A stretch of 64,000 nucleotides of DNA from an uncultured Methanomassiliicoccales archaeon (GCA_963695345.1 OY968769.1:1088001-1152000); one strand, 5' to 3'. Positions 29,992-40,141 are shown, numbered from the stretch's first letter. A program made the numbers and translations. The notes: generated by a model not told the origin, from the sequence alone.

Positions 29992-30933
29992 TTGTACGAA
30001 CCGATGCTGGCAGCGATGGGGTACAAGGAGGACCTGGAACGGGAAGGATATTTCTTCGAGCCAAAGCTGGACGGCACGAGGGCCTTGTGTTATGTAAACT
30101 CCACCATGAAATTCCTCAACCGGCGGGGACATGACATAACCGAACGTTATCCGGAATTCTCCTTCAGGGACCAGATCAAAGCCCGATCCTGCGTTCTGGA
30201 TGGCGAGCTCATTGTATATGACAACCGGGGCAATCCCTCTTTCCATCTGCTTCAGAAACGTGAGCAGTCGAAGACATCGATAGCCAAGTTCCTGAGCATC
30301 CAGCATCCGGCCACTTATGTCATATTCGATATCCTGGAGCTGGAGGGAAAAGACCTGCTCTCCACCAGATTGGATGAACGCAAGAAGATCTTGCACGCGG
30401 TGTTGCGCGAAGGCCACCATCTGCAGAGCATCGCCTATACCAAGGATGGTAAAAAGCTGTGGTCGGTGGTCGAACAGCGCAAGCTCGAGGGAGTGATGGC
30501 GAAACGCTCCAACTCGTTCTATGAACCAGGCAAACGTTCTGATTCCTGGCTGAAGATCAAGGCGCTCAAGACCGTGGATTGTGTTCTCCTGGGCTATACG
30601 TCGGAGATCAGGACCATTTCCGCATTGGCGCTGGGCCTGTACTTTGGCGACGAGCTCAGATACGTCGGCAGGGTGGGGACTGGCTTCACCGAAAAGTACC
30701 TCGAGGGGCTTAGACCGATCCTGGACGGCATGTTGGCAGACACGCCTCCGGTAACCAGCTACCCTAAGGAACCAGACATCACCTGGGTAAGGCCGGAGCT
30801 GATAGCAGAGGTGGAGGTATTGGAACTCACCAGGGACAAGCATCTGAGGGCCCCGTCCTTCCGCAGGCTCCGCAATGACAAGGAAATCAAGAACTGCGTC
30901 ATCGAACAGCTGGGCGAGGGGGCTGGGAAATAA
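29992..30933 (+). CDS. ligD: ATP-dependent DNA ligase, LigD ligase domain only
   Basis: EPKLDG (motif I), LDGEL, FDIL, EGVMAK, WLKIK, VGRVGTGF, LRAPSF..LR.DK. TTG start 1 nt after the ku stop. No primase or phosphoesterase domain. Confidence 0.88.
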   Translation: MYEPMLAAMGYKEDLEREGYFFEPKLDGTRALCYVNSTMKFLNRRGHDITERYPEFSFRDQIKARSCVLDGELIVYDNRGNPSFHLLQKREQSKTSIAKFLSIQHPATYVIFDILELEGKDLLSTRLDERKKILHAVLREGHHLQSIAYTKDGKKLWSVVEQRKLEGVMAKRSNSFYEPGKRSDSWLKIKALKTVDCVLLGYTSEIRTISALALGLYFGDELRYVGRVGTGFTEKYLEGLRPILDGMLADTPPVTSYPKEPDITWVRPELIAEVEVLELTRDKHLRAPSFRRLRNDKEIKNCVIEQLGEGAGK

Positions 30934-31071
30934 GGGATGTTCCGGGAAATCATAGCGATAGGACCGGGAATCGTTTTCATCTCTCGGGAAGATCGCTCCT
31001 CTTAGGACATATCACATAGGTGTCGATCTGACCAATAATATTATGATGCCACTGCACCAACTCTAGCTGCA

Positions 31072-31500
31072 GTGATGTTCGTGGAGTTCAACAAGATCAT
31101 TGTGGGAATCGATGGTTCGGAAAATTCGAAGCGGGCGGCGTCGGTGGCAGCGAGCCTAGCTGAAATGTTCAAGGGCACCGTCACGCTGGTTTCGGTGGTC
31201 AAGCCGGGCGAATACTCGCTGGCCGTCGAGGACCAAGCATTCATCGAATCGTTGAAGGAATTTCATGAGCAGCTCGTGACAGCGGTCAAGGATGACATCA
31301 AGAAGCCGAATATCGAGGTCGAGACCAGGATCGAACTGGGCACGCCATGGAAGGAGTTGATCCGCCTGGCAAACGCGGGACACTACGATCTGATCGTTGT
31401 AGGTTCCAGAGGCGCCGGTCAGGTGGCCCAGCTGTTGATCGGCAGCAACTCCACCAGAGTGGTGCAGCATGCGGAGACTCCGGTGCTGGTCGTCCCTTAA
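31072..31500 (+). CDS. Universal stress protein
   Basis: IIVGIDGS, DLIVVGSRG, LIGS....V, PVLVV. Confidence 0.92.
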   Translation: MMFVEFNKIIVGIDGSENSKRAASVAASLAEMFKGTVTLVSVVKPGEYSLAVEDQAFIESLKEFHEQLVTAVKDDIKKPNIEVETRIELGTPWKELIRLANAGHYDLIVVGSRGAGQVAQLLIGSNSTRVVQHAETPVLVVP

Positions 31501-31503
31501 GCC

Positions 31504-32316
31504 CTACTTGGGGCGGGGGCGGCGTTTGCCCCGGCCCTTATGGGAATCTGAGTCCTCCTTCATCCTTACCCATATCCCCAGCCCTTCCCTCTCGATGGAG
31601 AAGCTTCCAGGAAGAGCGGCGATCAGACCTACCAGGCTGCTCTTGCCATAGGTCCTCGGGTCAAATGCCGGTTCGATACGGTACAGCGCTTCCCCAAGGT
31701 TGCCCAGGTTGACCCTCCCGTCGTCCCCGACCTTGTTGCGGAAGGCGTTCGTGAGCATGTCATTCGCCTTCTCGGGACTGAGACCCTTTTTCGGTATGTG
31801 CCGCTCGGACTTCTTCGGCTCCTCGGCGGCAAGCTCGGGGCAATGCTCCGACTCCAGTTCCTCTTCGACCGGCAGGAGATTCTCAATGAAAATGAAACGG
31901 TCGCAGGCTTTCTGAAATGTCGGGTGGGTCTTCTCGTTCCCCATTCCGATCACGAATAGTCCTTCCTCCCTGATCTTCATGGCCAAATAGGTGAAGTCAG
32001 AATCGCTCGAAACGATACAGAACCCTTTGACCACGTGCTTGTGCATGATATCCATGGCGTCGATGACCAGGCCTATGTCGGTGGCGTTCTTGCCTGACCG
32101 GTTGGGGATGACCATCGAAGGCAGAAGCGCGAATTCGTGGAGCTTCTTCTTCCAACATACCAGCTGTGGACTGCTCCAGTCCCCATAGACCCGCCGGATA
32201 ATCACGGAACCGTATTTCGATGCCTCGTTCAGCATCTCACCGACCATGTCCGAATTTGCGTTGTCTCCGTCCACCAAGAACGCGATCGGACCCTCGGCGA
32301 TCTCCTTTTCTGCCAT
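31504..32316 (-). CDS. NYN domain protein with C-terminal OST-HTH/LOTUS domain
   Basis: LVDGDN, RRVYGDW, GKNATD, SSDSDF; C-terminal FDPRTYG.SSL. Confidence 0.88.
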   Translation of the reverse strand: MAEKEIAEGPIAFLVDGDNANSDMVGEMLNEASKYGSVIIRRVYGDWSSPQLVCWKKKLHEFALLPSMVIPNRSGKNATDIGLVIDAMDIMHKHVVKGFCIVSSDSDFTYLAMKIREEGLFVIGMGNEKTHPTFQKACDRFIFIENLLPVEEELESEHCPELAAEEPKKSERHIPKKGLSPEKANDMLTNAFRNKVGDDGRVNLGNLGEALYRIEPAFDPRTYGKSSLVGLIAALPGSFSIEREGLGIWVRMKEDSDSHKGRGKRRPRPK

Positions 32317-32429
32317 CTTATCCTCATGTGGTGCATCGGTCTCATGGTTTAACAATGTACGCCACGCCCTGACACGAACGATAAAGATCGAGTGGTAGAC
32401 CGGAACGATTTCGCCCGTCGGGGCAACCG

Positions 32430-32993
32430 CTAACCGGTCCGGTGGTTCAGAGCCTGATAGGTGAGCATCGCCACCCCGGATCCCAATTGCCAGGCATCAA
32501 GGAGCTTCAGCCTCTGTCTTTCCCCCAGGCCCCGGAACATGGATATCCCGCTGCCAAGCAGGACCGGATTGACTATGATGCGGTATTCATCGATCAGTCC
32601 CAGGGCGGCCAGCTCCGATACTATGCTTCCGCTGCCGAACACCACGATGTTCTTGCCGGCCATCCTTTTCATTCTCATGATCCTTTCCGGATCGATGTCC
32701 TTGGCAAGAGTGGAATTGTTCCATTCGACCTTCCCCAGTGTCCGGGAGAATACGATCTTGGGTAGATTGTTCATCCTTTCCTTGATGTATGGATCATTGG
32801 TCCTATCGGTAGGCCAGTAGCGGGCCATCATATCATAGGTCACCCTGCCGAAAAGAATGGTATCGACGGTCCCCATCATTTCGATCGTGAATTTCTCCAG
32901 CTCTTTGTCCCAAACGAACCAGTCGATCTCCCCGTTCGGACCGGCTATGTATCCGTCCAGAGAGACCATGTTCGAAACGATTATCCTTCTCAC
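32430..32993 (-). CDS. Dihydrofolate reductase / RibD C-terminal family protein
   Basis: VSLDGYIAGPNG, LFGR.TY, KIVFSRTL, GLIDEY...V.PVLLGSG. Confidence 0.88.
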   Translation of the reverse strand: MRRIIVSNMVSLDGYIAGPNGEIDWFVWDKELEKFTIEMMGTVDTILFGRVTYDMMARYWPTDRTNDPYIKERMNNLPKIVFSRTLGKVEWNNSTLAKDIDPERIMRMKRMAGKNIVVFGSGSIVSELAALGLIDEYRIIVNPVLLGSGISMFRGLGERQRLKLLDAWQLGSGVAMLTYQALNHRTG

Positions 32994-33062
32994 CTAACCA
33001 TTCTCCAAGTGATTGATTGTCTTTGTGACGATTTAAAACCGGGGGTCGTACCGGTCTCCCCG

Positions 33063-34064
33063 TCACATAGACTGCAGGTTCTTGAGCAACTTGGCTAGTC
33101 TATCCATTGACGCTTCCGACCCTTCCACCATGCCGGCTTTGTACATCCCGTCCCGATCATCGACGGACTGAAAGACCGATACATTGGTCAGCTTGGTCTT
33201 GCCTTCGACCTCCTCCAGTGTAGTGGTCTCGAAGAGCACATGTCCGGGCATGCCTTCCCACTCCCATGTGTCCATGATCAATTCGGGCGCTTTCACGTCA
33301 TGATAGACCCCGTTGAATGCGTCTTCCTTGCCGTCCTTGTCGCGCTGGATGACGCGCCATATTCCTCCCTTCCTCACATCCATCTTCTCTATGGTGGTGG
33401 TATACCTCTCAGGGCCCCAGAACTGCGAGAACAGTTCCGGGTCGGTCTGTGCCTTGAAGACCAGTTCCCGCGGGGCATCCTGGACCCGGATGGTCGTGGC
33501 AGATTGCTGACCAGGCTCAAGCAGCACCAGGGTCTTCATCTGAACGAAGATCTCATCATGGATCGCGTCAGCCAGCTTGTCGAACGACTGTTTCCAGCCC
33601 GCCTCGGCATCCTTGGCCGAGTCCTCAGGCATGCCGTGGTGGATCAGGGTCATGGCGGTCCTTCCCCCGTGCTCCTCAAAATTGACAGATATCTGCAGTT
33701 CCAGGGGGAACTCGTTTCCCATATCATAGTATGATGCTGGAACCACGTTGCCCTGCTCATCGGCGAACGAATCGGTCATGCTCAGCCTCTGGGGTTCTGT
33801 CACCTCCTGATAATAACCGGTGCTCCAGAAGTCCCTTCCCTCCGGAGAGCGCATGTCCAGAAGATATCTGCCCCCTACCCGCACGTCCATCTCCGCACTG
33901 GGACAGGTGAAGCCTTGAGGGCCCCACCATTTCATTGCCCGATCGGACTCGGTCCAATACTTCCATACCAATTCCCGGGGCGCGTCGAAGGTTCTCGTTA
34001 TCACCATGTCCATGCTCTTGCTCGGCTTTTCCCTCGTTATCTGGCTCGTTGATTGGTTGCTCAT
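33063..34064 (-). CDS. Tandem SRPBCC/AHSA1 double-domain protein
   Basis: Two repeats of R..DAPRELV...T.......WGP...MDVR.GG. Confidence 0.87.
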   Translation of the reverse strand: MSNQSTSQITREKPSKSMDMVITRTFDAPRELVWKYWTESDRAMKWWGPQGFTCPSAEMDVRVGGRYLLDMRSPEGRDFWSTGYYQEVTEPQRLSMTDSFADEQGNVVPASYYDMGNEFPLELQISVNFEEHGGRTAMTLIHHGMPEDSAKDAEAGWKQSFDKLADAIHDEIFVQMKTLVLLEPGQQSATTIRVQDAPRELVFKAQTDPELFSQFWGPERYTTTIEKMDVRKGGIWRVIQRDKDGKEDAFNGVYHDVKAPELIMDTWEWEGMPGHVLFETTTLEEVEGKTKLTNVSVFQSVDDRDGMYKAGMVEGSEASMDRLAKLLKNLQSM

Positions 34065-34336
34065 TATGGCACATCCTGTCAGTTCAATGATTGCATGTTA
34101 AGGTCCCGATTCTCAGCTGACCGTTGGTTCAGCATGGCGAGACTCCTAAAACGACGGCAACGAGAAGGATATGAAGGTTATCGAAGGCAAAGTGGATTTT
34201 ATTGTGACTAATTCGTCCGAAGTGTGGTTCACCATATCCCTTAAGGTCGAACCAACTGGAGCGTAACCATTTGCATCCATCGATCAGCACGCCGCAAATA
34301 ATACCTTTAGATACCTGTTCAGGTTTTGGAACGGCA

Positions 34337-35290
34337 ATGGACGACGTTAGGCCCCGGCTCGTTATCTCGCAATGTATGGGACTCTCCCCTTGCCGTTACG
34401 ATGGCAAGATGGTCGAGTCAAAGCTAGTGAGCCGGATGAAGGGCAAGATCGACCTCATCCCGGTATGTCCAGAAGTTGCCATCGGGCTTGGGATACCAAG
34501 GGACCCCATCAGGTTGATCTCCCTGAGGAACGGTGAACGAAGGTTAGTTCAACCGTCAACCGGAATGGACCTGACCGAGAAGGCGCAGCGCTACTGTGGC
34601 TCTTTCCTGATGGGGCTGGACCATATCGATGGCTTCCTCCTGAAGTCGCGTTCGCCCACCTGTGGCCTGAATGACGCAAGCGTCTACCTGAGCGAGACCG
34701 GCGGATCGCCCCTTCCGGTCAAAGGACCGGGCCTTCTCGGGGAAGCGGTGATGGCCAGATACAGCGACCTGGCGGTCGAGGACGAGGTCAGGCTATCTGA
34801 CAATGGAATCGCCGAACACTTCCTGACCAAACTTTACGCTTTCGCCCGGTTCCGTGAGCTGGACCGTGAGATGAGCGCGCTGATGCAGTACCAGGCAGAC
34901 AACAAACTGCTCCTCATGACCTATGGTCAGAACAAGATGAGATTGCTGGGCAACATCGCCTCCAACCGGGATAAGCGAGATGTCGGGCACGTGTTCGATC
35001 AATACCAGAACCTGCTCAGGTCGATGTTCGACAATCGGCCAAAGCGGGGAAGCGTGGTGAATTCCCTCATGCATGCCTTTGGCTATTACAAGAACAAGCT
35101 CGAGGCCGATGAGAAGAAGGATTTCCTTGGGGCACTCAATGCCTATCGGGATGATGGTACGCCGCTCGCCGCCAGCTTCAGCCTGATGCGCTCGTTCAAC
35201 CAGCGTTTCCACAACGAATATCTCGCTAGGCAGACCTTCTTCGAGCCGTTCCCGCCCGAACTGCTCAGTGGCACTTCCGATCGCGAGTGA
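34337..35290 (+). CDS. DUF523 + DUF1722 protein (YbgA family, thiouracil desulfurase-like domain)
   Basis: S.C.G...CRYDG, PVCPEV.IGLG.PR, KSRSPTCG, N.LMH.FGY, YLARQTFFEP.P. Confidence 0.88.
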   Translation: MDDVRPRLVISQCMGLSPCRYDGKMVESKLVSRMKGKIDLIPVCPEVAIGLGIPRDPIRLISLRNGERRLVQPSTGMDLTEKAQRYCGSFLMGLDHIDGFLLKSRSPTCGLNDASVYLSETGGSPLPVKGPGLLGEAVMARYSDLAVEDEVRLSDNGIAEHFLTKLYAFARFRELDREMSALMQYQADNKLLLMTYGQNKMRLLGNIASNRDKRDVGHVFDQYQNLLRSMFDNRPKRGSVVNSLMHAFGYYKNKLEADEKKDFLGALNAYRDDGTPLAASFSLMRSFNQRFHNEYLARQTFFEPFPPELLSGTSDRE

Positions 35291-35340
35291 ACGATCCATT
35301 ACTTTTCAAAGCTGGATCGAGCGACCGCCGATAGGGGTCC

Positions 35341-36114
35341 TCAAGTGGTCATGTCATTGATGTCGTTGTCCGGTGAGCTCGGAGGATTGGCCGGCTCATG
35401 CTCAGCGATGAAATCGGAGATGGCCTGGTCCTGGTAGGTTAGGATACCGTTCTGCTGGTTCTTGGAGAAGTACTCTCTTCCCTTGGGACTGTTCATCGAC
35501 CAGGCGACCTCCTCCGTGGTGGGGGCGATCAGCCTTCGGTCCAATTCCCTGGGGACCGGAACCGCGGCGATGAGCAGGTCCAGGTCCTTGAGGAACTGCC
35601 CCGAGCCGGCTTCCCGGGGCCAGCTGATGCGGAGGTAACCGTTGGGATCGAAACCGAAATGCTCGTCGTTACCGTCTGGCAACTTATCCGTCTTCTTCTT
35701 GACCAGCCTGGACCATGCGAACTCGATTCGATCACGATCCTTGAACTCTGGGTTGACGACCAGCGCCGTGGTCATCCAATCGGTGCGCAGATGTCTGCTT
35801 TCCATTCCCTCGGCACGGGCGATGGCGATGCCCGCGGCCTCCAGTTCGGATATCTTGGAGAATTTCACCTTGAACGGGATCGCATAACCGACTCCCATGG
35901 CCTTGCCTTTAAGCTCATCCTCGGGGAAGAAGGTGGTGGTGCAGCATTTGCGCTTGGTCGAGTATCGGCCATAATGGATCGGAAGGGAGACCTTGACCAT
36001 GGCATCCATTTTCAGCCAGTTCTCCCTCCACATGCTTCGCCTCAGATCCTTGCCCTGGTAATGGTCCTCCCATAGCAGCGAACCAATGACCAGCGCGGCT
36101 CCCCTCATCATCAT
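35341..36114 (-). CDS. Hypothetical protein, N-terminus resembles gamma-glutamylcyclotransferase-like fold
   Basis: 257-aa clean ORF with VIGSLLW, LPI.YGR.S and A.AEG motifs. Function is inference. Confidence 0.6.
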   Translation of the reverse strand: MMMRGAALVIGSLLWEDHYQGKDLRRSMWRENWLKMDAMVKVSLPIHYGRYSTKRKCCTTTFFPEDELKGKAMGVGYAIPFKVKFSKISELEAAGIAIARAEGMESRHLRTDWMTTALVVNPEFKDRDRIEFAWSRLVKKKTDKLPDGNDEHFGFDPNGYLRISWPREAGSGQFLKDLDLLIAAVPVPRELDRRLIAPTTEEVAWSMNSPKGREYFSKNQQNGILTYQDQAISDFIAEHEPANPPSSPDNDINDMTT

Positions 36115-36221
36115 AACGTTCCACGGACCATGGTTCCCTTACTTAGACCTGATGGTCTCAGAGCATAGCATATTTGTATGATGGATTCGCATAGAACCGC
36201 ATCGAAGGAAGCCTGTTTGTT

Positions 36222-38597
36222 ATGGTCAATGAACTTTCACCCGAACAATGTCGTCGCGCTTGCCCAGAACTTTCAATCGATTGCAGGACAACAAAGGACC
36301 TGATACCTTCGAACAAGATAATCGGACAAGACCGCGCGGTGAAAGCCCTCCAGTTCGGTCTCCGCATAAGGAGCAAGGGTTTCAACATCTACATTGCGGG
36401 TATGCCCGGGACCGGAAGACGGTCCGCGGCGGTCGATTTCGTCAAGGACCTGGCAAAGGACATGCCGGTCCCTCCCGACTGGGTGTATGTCTACAACTTC
36501 CATGAGGCTTCGAAACCTAACGCCTTGTCGCTGCCCGCCGGGAAGGGCAAGGAGTTCAAGGAGGACGTCGAGAAACTGGTCTCAGGTGTACCAACGGCCC
36601 TCCGGAGCGCCTTCGAATCCGATGAATACGCCAAGAAACGTCAGACCACCATGAAGGCGATCGAGGAGGAGAGGGAGGAGTTCACCAACAAGATCAATCG
36701 CATGACCTCCGAGGCAGGTTTCCAGATACAGCAGTCTCCGATCGGAATGGTGCTGGTTCCCGTGGTGGACGAGAAGCCCCTCACCACCGAGGAGTTCAAC
36801 CAGTTGTCCAACGGCGTCAAGGAGAGGTTACGGGCCAAACAGGAAGAGCTGCAGGCCAAACTGCAGAAACCGTTTGTCCAGTTCCGCGAGCTTGAGGAGA
36901 AGGCGGAAAAGACGGTGGTGAAGCTCAACCGAGAGGTGGCGATGTATGTTCTGGGCCCCATGCTATCCGTGATCAAGGAGAAGTACGGAAGCAACACCGA
37001 GGTCATAGAGTACATCGATGATGTCCTGAAGGACATCCTGGACAACCTGGCGAGGTTCCTGATACCGGTGAACAAGGAACAGCTCCCTTTCTTCATGGAA
37101 GCGCCCGACCCGATGGCCAATTATAAGGTCAATCTTGTCGTGGACAATTCCCAGCTTTCAGGGGCGCCGGTGGAGATAGAGCTCAATCCATCCTATTACA
37201 AGCTCTTCGGCGCCATCGAGAAGGAGGCCAGGTTCGGTGCACTGGTCACTAACTACACCATGATCCGGAGCGGGCTCCTGCACAAGGCGAACGGCGGTTT
37301 CATCCTGATGCCGGTGGAAGGCCTGTTCACCGACCCTACCATCTGGATATCGCTCAAGCAGACCATCTCGAGCGAGAAATTGGAGATCGAGGAGAAGGAA
37401 GCGCGGCTGGGTTTCATTGCCACGAAATCGTTGATGCCCGAGGCCATTCCTTTCGACTCTAAGATCATAATAATTGGAGACCCGAGGGTCTATGACATCC
37501 TCTACTCGGCGGACAAGGATTTCAAAGAGCTTTTCAAGATCAAGGCGGACTTCGATATCACCATGGAGCGCAATGAGGAGAACATAAAGCAGTATGTCAC
37601 CCAGATATGCTCCCTTTGCGCCAAGGAGAACCTCCTTCCGATCGACAGTACTGGATTGGCGGCGATCATTGAGTACTCATCGAGGCTGGCCGGGGATCAG
37701 AACAAATTGAGCACGCAGTTCGCGACCGTGTCCGACACGGTCCGGGAGGCGAATTTCTATGCCGTGGAGGCCAAGTCGGATCTGATAACCAAAGAGCATA
37801 TCCAGAAACAGCTGGAAGAGAAACTGTACCGTTCGAACATGATCCAGGACAAACTCGGTGAGTTCATCGCCAAGGGAATCATCCTTATCGATACGGCGGA
37901 GGAGGCCGTGGGACAGGTCAACGGCCTGGCCGTGCTGGCCACCGGAGATTTCGCGTTCGGGAACCCTTCGAGGATAACCGCTTCGATCGCGGTGGGCCGT
38001 GAGGGGATCATCGATATTGAGCGACAGGCGGAGATGTCCGGACCTTCCCACACCAAAGGCGTGCTCATCCTCTCTGGCTATCTGAACGACACCTACGCCC
38101 GTGAGAAGCCCCTTTCCCTTTCGGCCCGCCTTGTCTTCGAGCAGAACTACGGAGGCGTGGATGGAGATTCTGCGTCCTCCACCGAACTGTACAGCTTGCT
38201 TTCGGCGTTGGCCGATGTCCCGATCAAACAATACGTCGCAGTCACCGGAAGCGTCAATCAGAAGGGCGAGGTCCAGGCGATCGGCGGGGTGAACGAGAAG
38301 ATCGAGGGATTCTTCGAGGTCTGCAAGGCACGTGGACTTACCGGGAAACAGGGTTGCATGATCCCCAACTCAAACGTTCAGCATTTGATGCTCAAGGACG
38401 AGGTGATAACCGCCATCAAATCTGACAAGTTCCATATCTGGCCGGTGAGCAGCATAAGCGAGGGCATCGAGGTATTGACCGGCATGCCGGCGGGCAAGAG
38501 GAACGCCGATGGAACGTTCAAGAAAGATACCGTCAACGGTCGCGTGCAGGAACGCCTGGATGAAATGGCGGAACGGGCGAAGGAGTATAAGATCTGA
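36222..38597 (+). CDS. Lon-like protease, LonC type (AAA-like plus Lon_C domain)
   Basis: IGQDRA, degenerate Walker A GMPGTGR, GQVNGL, catalytic DGDSAS and GGVNEKIEGF Ser-Lys dyad. Confidence 0.9.
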   Translation: MVNELSPEQCRRACPELSIDCRTTKDLIPSNKIIGQDRAVKALQFGLRIRSKGFNIYIAGMPGTGRRSAAVDFVKDLAKDMPVPPDWVYVYNFHEASKPNALSLPAGKGKEFKEDVEKLVSGVPTALRSAFESDEYAKKRQTTMKAIEEEREEFTNKINRMTSEAGFQIQQSPIGMVLVPVVDEKPLTTEEFNQLSNGVKERLRAKQEELQAKLQKPFVQFRELEEKAEKTVVKLNREVAMYVLGPMLSVIKEKYGSNTEVIEYIDDVLKDILDNLARFLIPVNKEQLPFFMEAPDPMANYKVNLVVDNSQLSGAPVEIELNPSYYKLFGAIEKEARFGALVTNYTMIRSGLLHKANGGFILMPVEGLFTDPTIWISLKQTISSEKLEIEEKEARLGFIATKSLMPEAIPFDSKIIIIGDPRVYDILYSADKDFKELFKIKADFDITMERNEENIKQYVTQICSLCAKENLLPIDSTGLAAIIEYSSRLAGDQNKLSTQFATVSDTVREANFYAVEAKSDLITKEHIQKQLEEKLYRSNMIQDKLGEFIAKGIILIDTAEEAVGQVNGLAVLATGDFAFGNPSRITASIAVGREGIIDIERQAEMSGPSHTKGVLILSGYLNDTYAREKPLSLSARLVFEQNYGGVDGDSASSTELYSLLSALADVPIKQYVAVTGSVNQKGEVQAIGGVNEKIEGFFEVCKARGLTGKQGCMIPNSNVQHLMLKDEVITAIKSDKFHIWPVSSISEGIEVLTGMPAGKRNADGTFKKDTVNGRVQERLDEMAERAKEYKI

Positions 38598-38610
38598 AGG
38601 AGGCCGTTCC

Positions 38611-38931
38611 GTGACCGGAGCCAGGTTCATAACGCCGGCTGAGCTAGATGCTCTCATGCCGATGATCGAGAAGGGGGACTGCACATTGCTGGACATCCGA
38701 ACTCAGCCCGAATTCCGTTCCGGACACATCAAGCATGCCACGCTCATACCGGTCGAAGAGCTCGAAAAACGAGTGACGGAGCTTGATCGGGGAAAGTCCC
38801 TCGTGATCTATTGCCGTTCTGGCAAGCGTTGCCTCCGCGGGCTGCAGATCCTAGTCGGCAATGGCATCGGAGGAGTGATGGTCCTCGAGGGCGGACTGGA
38901 ACGTTGGCATGGTGTTCAGGTGCATGATTGA
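38611..38931 (+). CDS. Rhodanese domain protein
   Basis: LDIRT..EF..GHI..A, YCRSGKR active loop, LEGG...W. AGGAGG RBS then GTG 38611. Confidence 0.9.
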   Translation: MTGARFITPAELDALMPMIEKGDCTLLDIRTQPEFRSGHIKHATLIPVEELEKRVTELDRGKSLVIYCRSGKRCLRGLQILVGNGIGGVMVLEGGLERWHGVQVHD

Positions 38932-39468
38932 TCACCAGGAACGAAAGACGATGTCGGACCGATCAAGGAGCGAACATACCCTCCTCGGATCGAATCGAGG
39001 ATTGACTTCCATGACCGCCTTGACGAGTTCATCCGATCTTAGATTGTGGTGATCCCCCAGAAACAGGGCCGTGGTCAGGATCGCCAGGTCCACATCTTCG
39101 TAGAAGCCGAATGCATGTATGCATTGGTAGGCCGTCTCTTTGAGATCGGATGGGATCGCTCCCGATATGCCGCCCCGGGCACTGATGCTGCTTCTTCCGT
39201 TCTCCTTAGTTACGGTCATCATCCCCGATCCCACCGCCTGGCCGAGAGCGTTTTCCACCGAATCCGAATACGGCCCGTTCAAAAAGAGATCGAAGGAGCA
39301 TCCGACATACACCATCCTGGAGAGTACATAGAATAATTTCTGCAGCCTGCTCCTCCCCATGGGGCGCGACGGGAACATGAGCTCCGTCTCCCGTACAATG
39401 TACGCAGCCAGCGCCGCAACTGTATCTTCTGGTCCCAAGACGCCACACTCCCTGATGATGGTCCTCAT
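38932..39468 (-). CDS. YwgA/SocA(Panacea)-like winged-helix protein
   Basis: LQKLFY...F....GPYS motif. Confidence 0.55.
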   Translation of the reverse strand: MRTIIRECGVLGPEDTVAALAAYIVRETELMFPSRPMGRSRLQKLFYVLSRMVYVGCSFDLFLNGPYSDSVENALGQAVGSGMMTVTKENGRSSISARGGISGAIPSDLKETAYQCIHAFGFYEDVDLAILTTALFLGDHHNLRSDELVKAVMEVNPRFDPRRVCSLLDRSDIVFRSW

Positions 39469-39658
39469 GTCTGCTTCGATGATGTACCATTACCGACCCG
39501 AGGCTATCCCCATTGCCATGAGAGTGGGATGAAAGTGAATGTTGACCGCGGACGATGGAAGGTCAGACCTGGGTGCATCGGGAATGGGGATTTTTCCGAC
39601 CCGAAAGTGTCTGAGCGGGCGAAAATTCGTATTTGAGGACAGCATAATGGTCCTAGGA

Positions 39659-40108
39659 ATGAGAATGAAATACTCGGAAGCAAGGCAGGGACGCGTCTTC
39701 GTGCTGAGGTTGGAGGATGGAGAGATAGTCCATGAGGCAGTCGAGAGCTTCGCCTCCGATAAGGGGATCAAGGCCGCCGCCGTCATCATCCTTGGAGGGG
39801 CGGATCGGGGAAGCAACCTGGTGGTCGGACCTGAGGACGGACGATCGGAGAAGATCAGGCCAATGAAAACGGTGCTTGGAGACGTCCATGAGATGTCGGG
39901 CACTGGAACCATCTTCCTGGATGAGGAAGGCGTCCCCAAATTGCATATGCATATCTCCGCAGGCCGTAACGAGAGGGCGATCACCGGATGCGTCCGCAAC
40001 GGTGTCAAGGTTTGGCTGATAGCCGAGGTTATCATATTCGAGTTGCTGGACTCCAGCGCGTCGCGCAAGGTTGACGTGGCGACCGGGTTCGAACTCCTCG
40101 ATCCCTGA
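39659..40108 (+). CDS. PPC domain (DUF296) protein
   Basis: GRVFVLRLEDGE, E..GTGT, LHMHISAG, TGC. Confidence 0.85.
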   Translation: MRMKYSEARQGRVFVLRLEDGEIVHEAVESFASDKGIKAAAVIILGGADRGSNLVVGPEDGRSEKIRPMKTVLGDVHEMSGTGTIFLDEEGVPKLHMHISAGRNERAITGCVRNGVKVWLIAEVIIFELLDSSASRKVDVATGFELLDP

Positions 40109-40141
40109 GCAGGAACGATTATTAGACCGCGGGCCGAATCT

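Noticed and set aside
29988-29994. Ku-ligase fusion through stop readthrough
   Set aside because: The ligase TTG is one base out of frame with the ku TAG, so simple readthrough cannot fuse them.
31504-32316. NYN protein as part of the NHEJ module or a defence system
   Set aside because: It is on the opposite strand, separated by a USP gene, and belongs to a very common stand-alone NYN-LOTUS family; no evidence of linkage.
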